Part shown: positions 9,992 to 22,112 of the stretch, in pieces | Layout: each line of letters opens with the position of its first letter | How positions within the stretch are numbered: the first letter of the stretch is position 1 | DNA from: an uncultured Gemmatimonadaceae bacterium | GTDB lineage: Bacteria; Gemmatimonadota; Gemmatimonadetes; Gemmatimonadales; Gemmatimonadaceae | Direction of reading: 5' to 3' | DNA: 64,000 bases | NCBI GenBank assembly: GCA_963751275.1 | Contig: CAVVTZ010000011.1 | Coordinates: forward strand, 96,001 to 160,000 | Made by a program: the position numbers and the translations under genes | The notes under the pieces: generated by a model | Database searches by the model: none | Seen by the model: the letters and a program-made list of their open reading frames with translations, nothing else | What the model was told of the DNA's origin: nothing

Positions 9992-11176
9992 TCACACGAA
10001 GTACTTAGTCACCACGGGAAGCAGCGAGGGATGTTTCACCAACGCATGAGCGAACACCCGTCCAAGCGTGCGCTTCTCGGATGGGATTCGATTCACCGTA
10101 GAAGCCAGCGCGTTGAAGAAGGAGTCCTCGAACTTCCCCAGCGCATCCTTCAGCCGGTGAAAGCGTACGTGGTCATCGCCCAGCAGTTCCATCCAGGCGT
10201 CGTGGTACCCCTGTAAGCGATCGGCGTTCGTGCAGCGCGCGGCCAGGGCGTCGGCCGCGGCGTGCGCCGCCAGCCGCCCCGCCTTCATCGCGTTCACGAT
10301 GCCGCCGCCCGAGAGCGGATTGATCATGTGCGCGGCATCGCCGCACACCAGCAGCGCGTCGGTCACGGTGCGCTTGATCGTGGGATGCACGATCACGCCG
10401 CCCACGGTCATCCCGGTGATCGTGGCGCCCGGGAAATCGCGCGCGACGTACGCATCGAGATGCGCGCGCGCGGAACGACCGCCCGCACGGAGCGCCACGA
10501 TCCCCAATCCGACGTTCGCGTCGCGCTCGCTCTTCGGGAAGATCCACGCATACCCGCCCGGCGCGATCGCCTGTCCGAAGTGGAGCAGGATCGCGTCGGG
10601 ATCGAAGTCGATGCCGCTCATCACGTACTGCGCACAGCTCTCCATGTCGCGCGCCGGCACGCGGGTGTCGAGCCCGGCCCAGCGTCCGGTCATCCCCTCC
10701 ACGCCATCGGCCGCGATCACGATGCGCGCCACCACGTCTGCGTGGCCGCGCGGCGTCGAGACCGCCGCGCGCCAGCCGCCGCCGTCGCGCGAGAGGCCGG
10801 TCACCTCGGTCGCCACCCGGATCTCCGCTCCCGCCGACCCCGCCTGCGCGGCCAGCGCCGGCTCGAAGCGCGTCCGGTCCAGTACGTAGCCGACATCCCC
10901 CTCGGCCACCCGCACGTCCGTCCCGTCGGGGGCCCGGAGGATCACCCGCGTGATCCGCCGCGAGACCCAATCCGCGCCCGCCGGGTCGATGAACTCCGAG
11001 AGTCCCGCGCTGCCCACTCCCTCGCCACAGCGCACCGGCGCGCCGATCGCCCGGTCGCGCTCCACGAGGAGCACGCGCGCCCCTGGGGCCAGCGTGGCGA
11101 ACTCCCGGGCCGCGATGAGCCCCGCCGGCCCGCCGCCCACCACCAGCGCGTCCACGCGCTCCACGGAGGCGCTCAC
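9992..11176 (-). CDS. Geranylgeranyl reductase-family FAD oxidoreductase (archaeal DGGR-like)
   Basis: VVGGGPAG, IGAPVRCGEG, AADG, APGGYAWIFPK (PxxYxWxFP), GDAAHMINPLSGGGI. Confidence 0.88.
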   Translation of the reverse strand: MSASVERVDALVVGGGPAGLIAAREFATLAPGARVLLVERDRAIGAPVRCGEGVGSAGLSEFIDPAGADWVSRRITRVILRAPDGTDVRVAEGDVGYVLDRTRFEPALAAQAGSAGAEIRVATEVTGLSRDGGGWRAAVSTPRGHADVVARIVIAADGVEGMTGRWAGLDTRVPARDMESCAQYVMSGIDFDPDAILLHFGQAIAPGGYAWIFPKSERDANVGLGIVALRAGGRSARAHLDAYVARDFPGATITGMTVGGVIVHPTIKRTVTDALLVCGDAAHMINPLSGGGIVNAMKAGRLAAHAAADALAARCTNADRLQGYHDAWMELLGDDHVRFHRLKDALGKFEDSFFNALASTVNRIPSEKRTLGRVFAHALVKHPSLLPVVTKYFV

Positions 11177-11376
11177 GCGCGCAGCACCATCGTGAGCGCG
11201 GCCACCGGACAGGGCGCGATGCACTTCCGACACCCCGTGCACGCTGAGTCGTCAATGTGGAGACCGTCGCGCCGCAGCGAGATCGCGCCGGGCGGGCAGA
11301 GGGGGAGGCAAAGACCGCAGGCGTCGCAGGTCGCGAGCTCGACGATGGCCAGTTCGGTGGCACGCGACGGGGGCAT
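11173..11376 (-). CDS. 2x[4Fe-4S] ferredoxin
   Basis: CDACGLCLPLCP and CTGCRKCIAPCP motifs; stop overlaps the reductase start. Confidence 0.9.
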   Translation of the reverse strand: MPPSRATELAIVELATCDACGLCLPLCPPGAISLRRDGLHIDDSACTGCRKCIAPCPVAALTMVLRA

Positions 11377-11421
11377 GCGGGGACGATGTCCGAGCGCGCT
11401 AGGTCGTGTCAAGGCAATGTC

Positions 11422-11450
11422 TTGTCGCAGTCTGCTTCCCCTGCTAGGTT
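11422..11450 (+). promoter_or_regulatory. Putative sigma70 promoter of the mre operon
   Basis: TTGTCG-17 nt-TAGGTT with an extended TGn. Confidence 0.5.
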
Positions 11451-11516
11451 AACTCCCGTCAGCGCCCGTGTTCGTTCCAAAAAACTCGAAGCACCCAAGT
11501 CCCTCCCACACAATCG

Positions 11517-12554
11517 ATGCGCTGGCCGCTCTTCAAACCCGGTTCCTTCTTTCCCGCGAACGCGATCGCCGTGGACCTCGGCACCGCGAACACGCTCATC
11601 TACGTGAAGGGTGAAGGGATCGTGTTGAACGAACCGTCGGTCGTCGCGATCGAACGGTCGAGCGGAAAAGTGAAATGGGTCGGCCTCGAAGCGAAGCGCA
11701 TGCTCGGCCGCACTCCCGAAGGCGTGATCGCGGTGCGCCCGATGAAGGACGGCGTGATCGCGGACTTCGACGTCACGGAGAAGATGCTCCGCTATTTCCT
11801 GACGTTGATCATCGATAATCACATCTTCAAGGTGAAGCCGCGCGTCATCGTGTGCGTCCCCTCGGGGATCACCGAGGTCGAGCGCCGCGCGGTGCGCGAC
11901 TCCGCGCTCGGCGCGGGCGCGAAGGAAGTGTTCATGGTCGCCGAGCCGATGGCCGCGGCGATCGGCGTCGGGCTGCCCGTGGAGACGCCCACCGGCAACA
12001 TGGTGATCGACATCGGCGGCGGCACCACCGAGATCGCGGTCATCGCGCTCTCCGGCATCGTGAGCGACACGTCGATCCGCACGGGCGGCGACGAGCTCGA
12101 CATCGCGATCGTGCAATTCATGCGCAAGAACTACAACCTGCTCATCGGCGAGCCGACGGCCGAGCAGGTGAAGATCCAGATCGGCAGCGCAGCGCCCGTG
12201 GGCGACGAGCGTGAGATGGAAGTGCGCGGCCGCGACCTCGTGAGCGGCATCCCGAAAACGGTGCGCGTGCATTCGAGCGAGATCCGCGAGGCGATCCAGG
12301 AGCCGATCCAGCAGATCGTGGATGCCGTGCGCCGCGCGCTCGAGATCACGCCGCCGGAGCTCGCGAGCGACATCGTGGATCGCGGCATCGTCATGACCGG
12401 AGGCGGTGCGCTCATCCGCGGCCTCGATCTGCTGCTGAGCCAGGAGACGAACCTCCCCATCCATGTCGACGAGGATCCGCTGACGTGCGTCGTTCGCGGC
12501 ACCGGCCGGATCCTGGATGACGAGGAAAAGTACTGGAACGTCCTGCAGACCTGA
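11517..12554 (+). CDS. mreB: Rod shape-determining protein MreB
   Basis: [22 protein letters not shown]. Confidence 0.98.
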   Translation: MRWPLFKPGSFFPANAIAVDLGTANTLIYVKGEGIVLNEPSVVAIERSSGKVKWVGLEAKRMLGRTPEGVIAVRPMKDGVIADFDVTEKMLRYFLTLIIDNHIFKVKPRVIVCVPSGITEVERRAVRDSALGAGAKEVFMVAEPMAAAIGVGLPVETPTGNMVIDIGGGTTEIAVIALSGIVSDTSIRTGGDELDIAIVQFMRKNYNLLIGEPTAEQVKIQIGSAAPVGDEREMEVRGRDLVSGIPKTVRVHSSEIREAIQEPIQQIVDAVRRALEITPPELASDIVDRGIVMTGGGALIRGLDLLLSQETNLPIHVDEDPLTCVVRGTGRILDDEEKYWNVLQT

Positions 12555-12560
12555 CGCGCC

Positions 12561-13625
12561 GTGCCCCCCGTCGCACGCACGATCAGCCGTCGGGATCTCA
12601 TCTTGCTCGCTGCGAGCCTCGCGCTGTCCATCGCCGCGATGAACCTCCCGGAGCGGATCAAGGACCCGTTCGCCGCATCGCTCCGCCGCACCCTCCTCGC
12701 GCCGCTCGTCTCGCTCCAGCACGACGCGGAGCTCGCCCGCATCGCCTGGAAGACGCGCGAGGCGCGCACGGAGCTCGCCGACAGCGTCGCGATCCGCGCG
12801 CTCGCCTTGCCCGGCGCGGAGAGCGAGAACGCGCGGCTGCGCCGCATGCTCGGGCTCAGCGACCGGCTCCATTGGGGATTCGTCTCGGCGGAAGTGCTGC
12901 AGGGACGTGGCATCGGCGATGACTATACCGTGACCCTCTCCGCCGGCGGCCGCGCCGGCGTGAGGCCGTTCAGCCCCGTGGTGGTCGCCGAAGGCCTCGT
13001 GGGCATCGTGAAGAGCGTCGATCCGACGATGAGCACTGCGGTGCTCTGGGCCCATCCCGATTTCCGCGCGAGCGCGATGGCCGCCGATGGCAGCGTCTTC
13101 GGCATCGTGGCCGCGCACAATGGCGCGGACGCCGAGCGCTTCCTGCTCGAGATGCGCGGCGTGCCGATGCGCTCCTCGATCGCCCAGGGGACGCTGATCG
13201 TCACGTCCGGACTCGGCGGCACCTTCCCGCGCGGGATCCCGATCGGCGTCGTGATGAGCGAGATGAAGACGCCGGAGCTCTGGGCGCGCACGTATCTCCT
13301 GCGGCCGGCGGTGTCGCCGGCGGATCTCGCGAGTGTGATGGTGCTGCTCCCCGACCGGCTCAAGGCCGGCGTGGAGCCGGTGTGGAAGGACGTGCACGGC
13401 GATTCGGTGCCGGGGGCGGATTCGCTCGCGCGCGCGCCGGTGGACACGGCAGCGGCGCGCATCGCGAAAGCCGCGCGCGACAGCGCGGCGGCGGACAGCA
13501 TTGCGCGCCGGCGCCGCCGCAAGTTCCGGCGCGATTCGATCGCGGCTGCCGAAAGTCTCAAAGTGCACAGCGACAGCGCGGCGCCCGTCGCGAAGCCCGA
13601 TTCCGTGCCGCCGGGGACGCCATGA
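12561..13625 (+). CDS. mreC: Rod shape-determining protein MreC with a low-complexity C-terminal tail
   Basis: ENARLRRML coiled coil, GLVG, VTSGLGGTFPRGIPIG; operon position. Confidence 0.93.
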   Translation: MPPVARTISRRDLILLAASLALSIAAMNLPERIKDPFAASLRRTLLAPLVSLQHDAELARIAWKTREARTELADSVAIRALALPGAESENARLRRMLGLSDRLHWGFVSAEVLQGRGIGDDYTVTLSAGGRAGVRPFSPVVVAEGLVGIVKSVDPTMSTAVLWAHPDFRASAMAADGSVFGIVAAHNGADAERFLLEMRGVPMRSSIAQGTLIVTSGLGGTFPRGIPIGVVMSEMKTPELWARTYLLRPAVSPADLASVMVLLPDRLKAGVEPVWKDVHGDSVPGADSLARAPVDTAAARIAKAARDSAAADSIARRRRRKFRRDSIAAAESLKVHSDSAAPVAKPDSVPPGTP

Positions 13626-14107
13626 GACCGCTCGAGATCTTCCGCGTGCTCGTCGCCTTCCTCGTGCTCGTGCTGCTCCAGTACACGGTGCGGCCGATGC
13701 TCGGCTGGCCGTACGGCCCGGACTTCCTGCTCGTGGCGCTGCTCGTCGTGGCCGTGCGCGTGCGCCCCGGGAGCGCGGCGGCGGTCGGGCTGCTCGTGGG
13801 GATCATCTCCGATTCGATCGGCACGGGGCCGTTCGGCGGCGCGGCGTTGTCGATGACCGTCGTCGCGTTCGGCGCATCGTGGCTGCAGTCGGTGGTGTTC
13901 TCGGATGATCTGACGGTGAACGCCATGCTCTTCTTCTTCGGGGAGTGGGCGTTCGCGGTGATCTATCTGCTCGTCGCACGAAGCCCCGGTTCGCCGCTGC
14001 TCCTGCCGCTGGTCGCGTGGGCGCCGCTCACCGCGGCGGTCACCGCGCTCTTCGGCGTGGCGACGCTCATGGTGCTGCGCCCCATCCTGAGGCCGGTGAA
14101 CGGGTGA
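13622..14107 (+). CDS. mreD: Rod shape-determining protein MreD
   Basis: Polytopic membrane protein with PDFLL and GIISD motifs, between mreC and mrdA. Confidence 0.9.
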   Translation: MRPLEIFRVLVAFLVLVLLQYTVRPMLGWPYGPDFLLVALLVVAVRVRPGSAAAVGLLVGIISDSIGTGPFGGAALSMTVVAFGASWLQSVVFSDDLTVNAMLFFFGEWAFAVIYLLVARSPGSPLLLPLVAWAPLTAAVTALFGVATLMVLRPILRPVNG

Positions 14108-15879
14108 GCCTGCACCCGAACGATCTCGCGCGCCGCGGGCGCGGCGCGTCGTGGGCGCTCGTGGCGCTCTTCACGGTGGTGCTGGGCGCGTTCTTCCGGA
14201 CACAGATCATCCAGCACTCGCGCTATACCATGCAGAGCGAGGAGAACCGGCTGCGCGAAGTGCCGATGCCCGCGCCGCGCGGCATCATCTACGACCGCAA
14301 TCAGAAGATCATCGCCGAGAACGTGCCGGGATACTCCGTGCAGCTACTCGCGGCCAACGCGGATTCGCTGCGCGCCACCGTCGTGCGCATGGCGCAGCTC
14401 GTGCCGATGACGCCGGAGCAGATGGAGCTCGTGTCGCGGCGATACCTGCGCGCCCCGAACCGGCCGGCGGTCGTCTTCGCGGACGCCTCGTTCAAGGTGG
14501 TGTCGGTGCTCGAGGAGCGCCGCCTCGACTTTCCCGGCCTCGTGATCCAGTCGGCGCCCAAGCGATTCTATCCGGCAGGCGCGGCGGGCGCGCCGGTGCT
14601 CGGCTATGTCGGCGAAGTGACGGAGTCCGAGCTGAACTCGGAGCGCTACAAGGGCTACAAGAACGGCCAGCAGGTGGGGAAGGCGGGGCTCGAGCACGAG
14701 TACGAGGACAAGCTGCGCGGCATCGACGGATCGCGCTTCGTTGAAGTGGATGCGCGCGGCCGCGTGGTGCGCGAGGCCGGTGCGCGCGAGGATCTGGAGC
14801 CGCAGGCCGGCCCACCGCTGCTCACGAACATCGACATCGACCTGCAGAAGTACATCGCCGACCTCTTCGCCGATTCGCTCCAGGGCGGCGTGATCGCGAT
14901 CGAGCCGCGCACCGGCGCCGTGCTCGCGCTCTACTCGGCGCCGAGCTACGACCCGAACGCGTTCATCGGCGGCATCCCGCCCGAATTGTGGAAAGCGCTG
15001 AACGCCGATCCGCGGCGGCCGCTCTACAACAAGGCGATCCAGGGGCGGTACCCGCCGGGCTCCACGTGGAAGCTCGCGACCGCGGCGATCGCGCTGCAGG
15101 AAGGGATCGCGACGCTCGACGACAAGATGGCCGAGCCGTGCACGGGCAAATTCCAGTTCGGCAACCGCGAGTTCAAGTGCTGGGACAAGCAGGGCCACGG
15201 CTACCTCACGCTGGCGCGCGCCATCGAGGTGTCGTGCGACGTGTACTTCTACCAGCTGGGGCTCAAGATCGGCCTGACGCGGCTCGTGGCCGGCGGCATC
15301 TCGCTCGGCGCGCACGAGCGCACGGGGATCGATCTGCCCGAGGAGGCGCGCCCCGGATTCCCGGCCGCCGATGTGAAGGATTACTACGACCGCAAGTACG
15401 GCAAGACGGGGTGGAGCCAGGCGGTGGTGCTCAATCTCGCGATCGGCCAGGGCGAGAACGATCAGACCGTCGCGAGCATGGCGCGCTTCTATACGGCGCT
15501 CGCCACCGACGGCAGCGCCGCGACGCCGGCAGTGGCGATGCGGCCGGTGGAGCGCCAGCGGATCATGCAGCTCACGCCCGCCCAGCTCGATGCCATGCGC
15601 GCGGCGATGGCGGGCGTGATCTCGCGCGGCACCGCGAGCAGCGCGCAGATCCAGGGCGTCGTGCTCGCCGGCAAGACCGGCACGGCGCAGAATTCGCAGG
15701 ACCCGCTGCACGATCACGCGTGGTTCGTGGGCTTCGCACCGGCGAACGATCCGAAGATCGTTGTCGCGGTGATGCTCGAGTTCGGCGGGCACGGCGACCG
15801 CGCCGCGCGCATCGCGTCGAAGATCATCCAGTCGTATCTGAAGGTGGCGCCGGCCCAGCTCCTGAGCACCGACGGCTGA
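14104..15879 (+). CDS. mrdA: Penicillin-binding protein 2
   Basis: PAPRGIIYDRN, YPPGSTWK (SxxK), SCD, GKTGTAQ. Confidence 0.96.
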   Translation: MSLHPNDLARRGRGASWALVALFTVVLGAFFRTQIIQHSRYTMQSEENRLREVPMPAPRGIIYDRNQKIIAENVPGYSVQLLAANADSLRATVVRMAQLVPMTPEQMELVSRRYLRAPNRPAVVFADASFKVVSVLEERRLDFPGLVIQSAPKRFYPAGAAGAPVLGYVGEVTESELNSERYKGYKNGQQVGKAGLEHEYEDKLRGIDGSRFVEVDARGRVVREAGAREDLEPQAGPPLLTNIDIDLQKYIADLFADSLQGGVIAIEPRTGAVLALYSAPSYDPNAFIGGIPPELWKALNADPRRPLYNKAIQGRYPPGSTWKLATAAIALQEGIATLDDKMAEPCTGKFQFGNREFKCWDKQGHGYLTLARAIEVSCDVYFYQLGLKIGLTRLVAGGISLGAHERTGIDLPEEARPGFPAADVKDYYDRKYGKTGWSQAVVLNLAIGQGENDQTVASMARFYTALATDGSAATPAVAMRPVERQRIMQLTPAQLDAMRAAMAGVISRGTASSAQIQGVVLAGKTGTAQNSQDPLHDHAWFVGFAPANDPKIVVAVMLEFGGHGDRAARIASKIIQSYLKVAPAQLLSTDG

Positions 15880-17135
15880 TGCGCACGCGCCGCCTGTTCG
15901 CGGACCCCACGCTCCTGATCACCGGACTGGCGCTCTCGCTCTACGGGATCGCGATGGTCTACTCGGCCGGGCAGACCGACGTGCCCACTCCCGCGGTGAA
16001 CGCGTGGGCCGCGCAGCTCCGCTGGCTCGCGCTGGGGATCTTCGCGGCATTCATCGTTACACGCGGCACCGTGCGGTTCATCGAATGGTTCGCGCTGCCG
16101 TCGTACATCGTGTCGGTGATCCTGTTGCTGCTCACGCTCAAGTTCGGCGGCGGCGCGGGCACGGCGGCGGGCTCCCACAGCTGGTTGATGCTCGCCGGGC
16201 ACCGCCTCGGCCAGCCCTCGGAGCTGGTGAAGATCACCACCGTGCTCATGCTCGCGCGCGAGCTCGCGGTGTTCCGCCAGCCGCCACGCTCGCTGTTGGA
16301 GCTCTGGCGCCCCGCGATCGTCGTGCTGGTCCCCTTCGTGCTGATCATGGCGCAGCCGGATCTCGGCAGCGCGCTGGTGTTCATCGGGATCTTCGTCGCG
16401 ATGCTCTTCTGGATGGGCCTCGAGTGGCGCCTGCTGGTGCTGCTCGCGTCGCCGGGCATCAGCCTCATCCTCGCGTCGCGCACGCTATTCTGGGGCGCGT
16501 GGTTCCTCGTGCTTCTCGCGCTGGTGTTCTGGTACCGTCCCTATCTCTTCGAAGGCGCGGCGCTTGTGCTCGCGAACGTCGTCATGGGCGTCGTCGCGCC
16601 GATCCTCTGGTACCGGCTGCAGCCCTACCAGAAGAACCGCCTGCTCACCTTCCTCGATCCGTCAATCGATCCGCATCGCGCGGGCTGGCATGTGCAGCAG
16701 TCCAAGGTGGCGATCGGGTCGGGCGGCTGGATCGGCAAGGGATTCCTCGAGGGAACGCAGAAGCGGCTGGCCTTCCTGCCCGAACAGCACACCGACTTCA
16801 TCTTCGCGGTGCTCGGCGAGGAGCTCGGTTTCCTTGGCGTAGCGGCGGCCCTGGCGCTCTTCCTGGTGCTGCTGCAGCGCTCCGTGCGCATCGCGTCGAG
16901 CGCGAGCGCTCCCTTCGGCAGCCTCGCGGCCTTCGGGCTCGCGTCGATCTGGGTGGTGCACATCGTCGTCAACGTCGGCATGACGCTCAACCTGATGCCG
17001 ATCACCGGCATCCCGCTGCCGTTCTTCAGCTACGGCGGATCGTTCATGCTGTCGTGCTGGCTGTCGATCGGCGTGCTCGAGCGGATCGCGAGCGAAGCCC
17101 GCGGCGCCCAGACGGGAGAGTCCAGCTACCGCTAG
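15879..17135 (+). CDS. rodA: SEDS peptidoglycan polymerase RodA
   Basis: QPSELVK, QPDLGS, AIGSGG, PEQHTDFIF, TGIPLPFFSYGGS. Confidence 0.96.
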   Translation: MRTRRLFADPTLLITGLALSLYGIAMVYSAGQTDVPTPAVNAWAAQLRWLALGIFAAFIVTRGTVRFIEWFALPSYIVSVILLLLTLKFGGGAGTAAGSHSWLMLAGHRLGQPSELVKITTVLMLARELAVFRQPPRSLLELWRPAIVVLVPFVLIMAQPDLGSALVFIGIFVAMLFWMGLEWRLLVLLASPGISLILASRTLFWGAWFLVLLALVFWYRPYLFEGAALVLANVVMGVVAPILWYRLQPYQKNRLLTFLDPSIDPHRAGWHVQQSKVAIGSGGWIGKGFLEGTQKRLAFLPEQHTDFIFAVLGEELGFLGVAAALALFLVLLQRSVRIASSASAPFGSLAAFGLASIWVVHIVVNVGMTLNLMPITGIPLPFFSYGGSFMLSCWLSIGVLERIASEARGAQTGESSYR

Positions 17136-17181
17136 ACCCGCTCTCCTTGCCGAGTGCCCGCCGCGCGGTCACATTTCCAAA

Positions 17182-18045
17182 ATGGCATGGTTCCGCAAGG
17201 AGAAGAAGGCGCGCCAACCGCGGCGTGAGCGGCTCGAGATCCCGGCGGACACCTGGGAGAAGTGCGAGGCGTGCGGGCACACGGATCTGCGCGAGAAGTT
17301 CCTGCGCAATCTGAACGTGTGCCCCTCGTGCGATTATCACCGCCGCATCCGCGCGAGCGAGTACCTCGCCATTCTGCTCGACGACAACGCCTACGAGGAG
17401 CTGGATGAGGACATCCGCTCCAAGGACCCGCTCGGATTCCCTGAATATCCGGCGCGACTCAAGAAAGCGATGACGAACGCCGGCTCGTCGGACGCGATCG
17501 TCACCGTGAGCGGCGCGATCGGCGGCATGCCGGTGAACATCGGCGCGATGGACTTCGCGTTCATGGGCGGCTCGATGGGCTCGGTGGTGGGCGAGAAGAT
17601 CGCGCGTCTCGGCCAACGGTCGCTCGAGCGGAAGTATCCGCTGGTGATCATCTCGGCGTCGGGCGGCGCGCGCATGCAGGAAGGCGTGCTGTCGCTCATG
17701 CAGATGGCGAAGACCAGCGCGGTGCTCGCGCAGCTCGCGGAACGGCGGATCCCGTACGTTTCCATTCTGACCAACCCGACCACCGGCGGCGTGAGCGCGA
17801 GCTTCGCGATGCTCGGCGACGCGATCCTCGCGGAGCCGGGCGCCGTGATCGGATTCGCGGGGCCGCGCGTGATCAAGCAGACGATCGGCCAGGACCTGCC
17901 CGAGGGCTTCCAGACGGCGGAGTTCCTGCTGGACCACGGCATCGTGGATGTCGTGGCGCATCGCAAGGAGCTGAAGGCGACCGTGGGCACATTGCTGCGC
18001 CACATGAGCCACCAGCCGGCCGCGGCGGGATGGGCATCGCCCTGA
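17182..18045 (+). CDS. accD: Acetyl-CoA carboxylase carboxyltransferase beta subunit
   Basis: Zn finger WEKCEAC..CPSC, FMGGSMGSVVGEK, SGGARMQEG, GFAGPRVI. Confidence 0.97.
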   Translation: MAWFRKEKKARQPRRERLEIPADTWEKCEACGHTDLREKFLRNLNVCPSCDYHRRIRASEYLAILLDDNAYEELDEDIRSKDPLGFPEYPARLKKAMTNAGSSDAIVTVSGAIGGMPVNIGAMDFAFMGGSMGSVVGEKIARLGQRSLERKYPLVIISASGGARMQEGVLSLMQMAKTSAVLAQLAERRIPYVSILTNPTTGGVSASFAMLGDAILAEPGAVIGFAGPRVIKQTIGQDLPEGFQTAEFLLDHGIVDVVAHRKELKATVGTLLRHMSHQPAAAGWASP

Positions 18046-19320
18046 CGACGTACGCCGGCGCGCTCGAGTATCTCTTCGCGCGCGTCACCGGCGGATGGAA
18101 GTTCGGGCTCGACACCACGCGTGCGCTCGCCGCCGCGATGGGCGATCCCCAGAACGCGTATCCGACGCTCCATGTGGCGGGCACGAACGGGAAGGGGAGC
18201 GTCGTCGCGACGCTCGATGCGCTGCTGCGCGCCCGTGGATTCCGCGTGGGGCGCTACACGTCGCCGCACCTCGTCGATTTTCGCGAGCGCATCGTGGTGA
18301 ATGGCGAGCCGATCGCCGAAGATTCCGATCGTGGAGCAGATCGCGCGCTGGACCCCCGAGGTCGAGCGCCTCGGCGCGACCTTCTTCGAGGCCACCACGT
18401 GCATGGCGTTCGACCACTTCGCCCGCGAGCGCGTGGATGTCGCGGTCATCGAAGTGGGCCTCGGCGGCCGGCTCGACTCGACGAACATGATCATGCCGCT
18501 CGTGAGCGGCGTGACGTCCATCGGCATCGACCACGTGCAGTATCTGGGCGACACCGCCGAGCTGATCGCGGCGGAGAAGGCGGGCGTCTTCAAGGCGGGC
18601 GTGCCGGTGGTGATCGGCGAACGCGATCCGGGCATCCGCGCGTTGCTCGCGCGGCTCGCCGCGGCGGCCGGCGCGGGTCCCGTGCGCGTGCTGGCGGATG
18701 AAGCGGAACTCGCCGGGATCACGGTGACCGCGCAGGGCACGCGCTTCGCGATCGCGTCGGCTGCGGGCCGCCGCGAGCTCATGACGCCGTTGGTGGGCCG
18801 GCATCAGGCGCAGAACGCGGCCACCGCGATCGCCATGCTCGAATCGGCGGGCGCGCCATGGACCGAAGCGGCGCGCGATGCCGAGCGCGCGCTCTCGACG
18901 GTGCATTTGCCCGGACGCTTCCAGCGCTGGGGCGAGTTCATCTTCGACGTCGCCCACAACCCGGCCGGCACCGGCGTGCTCTGTGACTCCCTCGCCGCGG
19001 TCGAACCACGGCGCCCGGTCGTGTGCCTGCTCACCGTGCTGCGCGACAAGGACTGGCCGGCCATCATGCGCCTGCTCGCGCCGCACGTGGACCGCTTCGT
19101 GCTCACGATCCCGCCGAGCGTGCCGGCGGAGCGCGCGTGGCCGCTGGACGAGGTGGCCGCCTTCGCCTCGGCGAGCAGCTGGAAGGCGACGGCCGAGCCC
19201 GATTTCGACCGCGCGCTGGCGCTCGCGCGCGAGGGCGCCGCGACCACGCTCGTGACCGGGTCGTTCCACACCGTGGGCGACGCGATGGCGCGCTTGCCGG
19301 GGTCTCTCTCCGGCGGGTAG
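18030..19320 (+). CDS. folC: Folylpolyglutamate/dihydrofolate synthase; frameshift near 18325
   Basis: HVAGTNGKGS, YTSPHL, EVGLGGRLDSTN, DVAHNP, TGSFH across two frames. Confidence 0.93.
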
Positions 19321-19329
19321 ATTGACCGG

Positions 19330-20617
19330 ATGGCTCAGGGCGCACTCCCCGGTTTTCGTGATTTCTATCCCGCTGAGTTCGCCGAGCGCGCGCATTTGTT
19401 CGCGGCGTGGCGGGACGTGGCGCGCCGCTTCGCGTTCGTAGAGTACGACGGGCCGCCGCTGGAGCCGCTCGATCTGTTCACGAAGAAGAGCGGCGCCGAG
19501 ATCGCCGAGCAGCTGTACAACTTCACCGACAAGGGCGACCGCCAGGTGGCGCTGCGCCCCGAGATGACGCCGACGCTCGCGCGCATGGTGGCGGCGCGCG
19601 CGAATGCGCTGCGGAAGCCGGTCCGCTGGTTCTCGATCCCGCAGCTCTTCCGCTACGAGCGGCAGCAGCGGGGCCGGCTGCGCGAGCACTTCCAGTTGAA
19701 CATGGACATCATCGGCGAGCCGGACGTGACCGCCGATGCGGAGCTGCTCGCGGCCGCGATCGAGATCATGCGCACGCTGGGGCTGACGAGCGAGGATGTG
19801 GTGGCGCGCGTGTCGGACCGGCGGCTGCTCAATGCGTTGCTGCTGGGCAGTCGGATTCACGGAGGCGCAGTTCCCGGCCGCGTACGCCGCGCTCGACAAG
19901 TTGGGCCGGGATCCGCGGCCCGTCCTCGAGGAACGGCTGGCCAAGGCGGGCGTCGCCGCGAAGCAGATCGCGGCGCTCTTCGAACTCGCGGAGACCGCGA
20001 GCGATCGGAGCGGCATCAAGTTCGCCGCACTGGTCGGCCGCGCCGGCGCGGGGAAGGAATTCGCGGTGCTGGAGCGATACCTGGCCTGCCTCGATGCGCT
20101 CGGCGTGGGGACTTGGGTGCGGCTCGATCTCTCGATCGTGCGCGGGCTCGCGTACTACACCGGGATCGTCTTCGAGCTGTTCGATGCGAAGGGCGAACTC
20201 CGCGCGATCTGCGGCGGTGGGCGGTACGACAAGCTGCTCGAGTCGCTCGGCGGCGTCGATCTGCCCGCGCTCGGATTCGGCATGGGCGATGTCGTGCTCG
20301 GCGAACTGCTGCGCGAACGCAAACTGATGCCGCCGGTCGCGCCGTCACTCGATTTCTGGGTGGCGTTCGGCGAGGAGCTCGAGCCGGCGGATGCGATGCA
20401 GGTGGCCGGACGCCTGCGCGCGCGCGGACGCAGCGTGGAGTACTCGCTGGGTCCGCAGAAGCTCGCGCGCCAGCTCAAGACCGCGAACACCGCGGGCGCG
20501 CGGCACGCGGTAGTCCTGTCCGCGGCCGACCGCGCCGCCGGCATGGCGGTGGTGCGCGACCTCGGCACCGGCGCCGAAGAACGTGTGACGCTCGACCGCT
20601 GGATCGACACTCTCTGA
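19330..20617 (+). CDS. hisS: Histidine--tRNA ligase; frameshift near 19850
   Basis: LRPEMTP, FRYERQQRGRLREHFQ, IVRGLAYYTG, GGGRYD. Confidence 0.95.
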
Positions 20618-22093
<1,476 letters not shown>

Positions 22094-22112
<19 letters not shown>

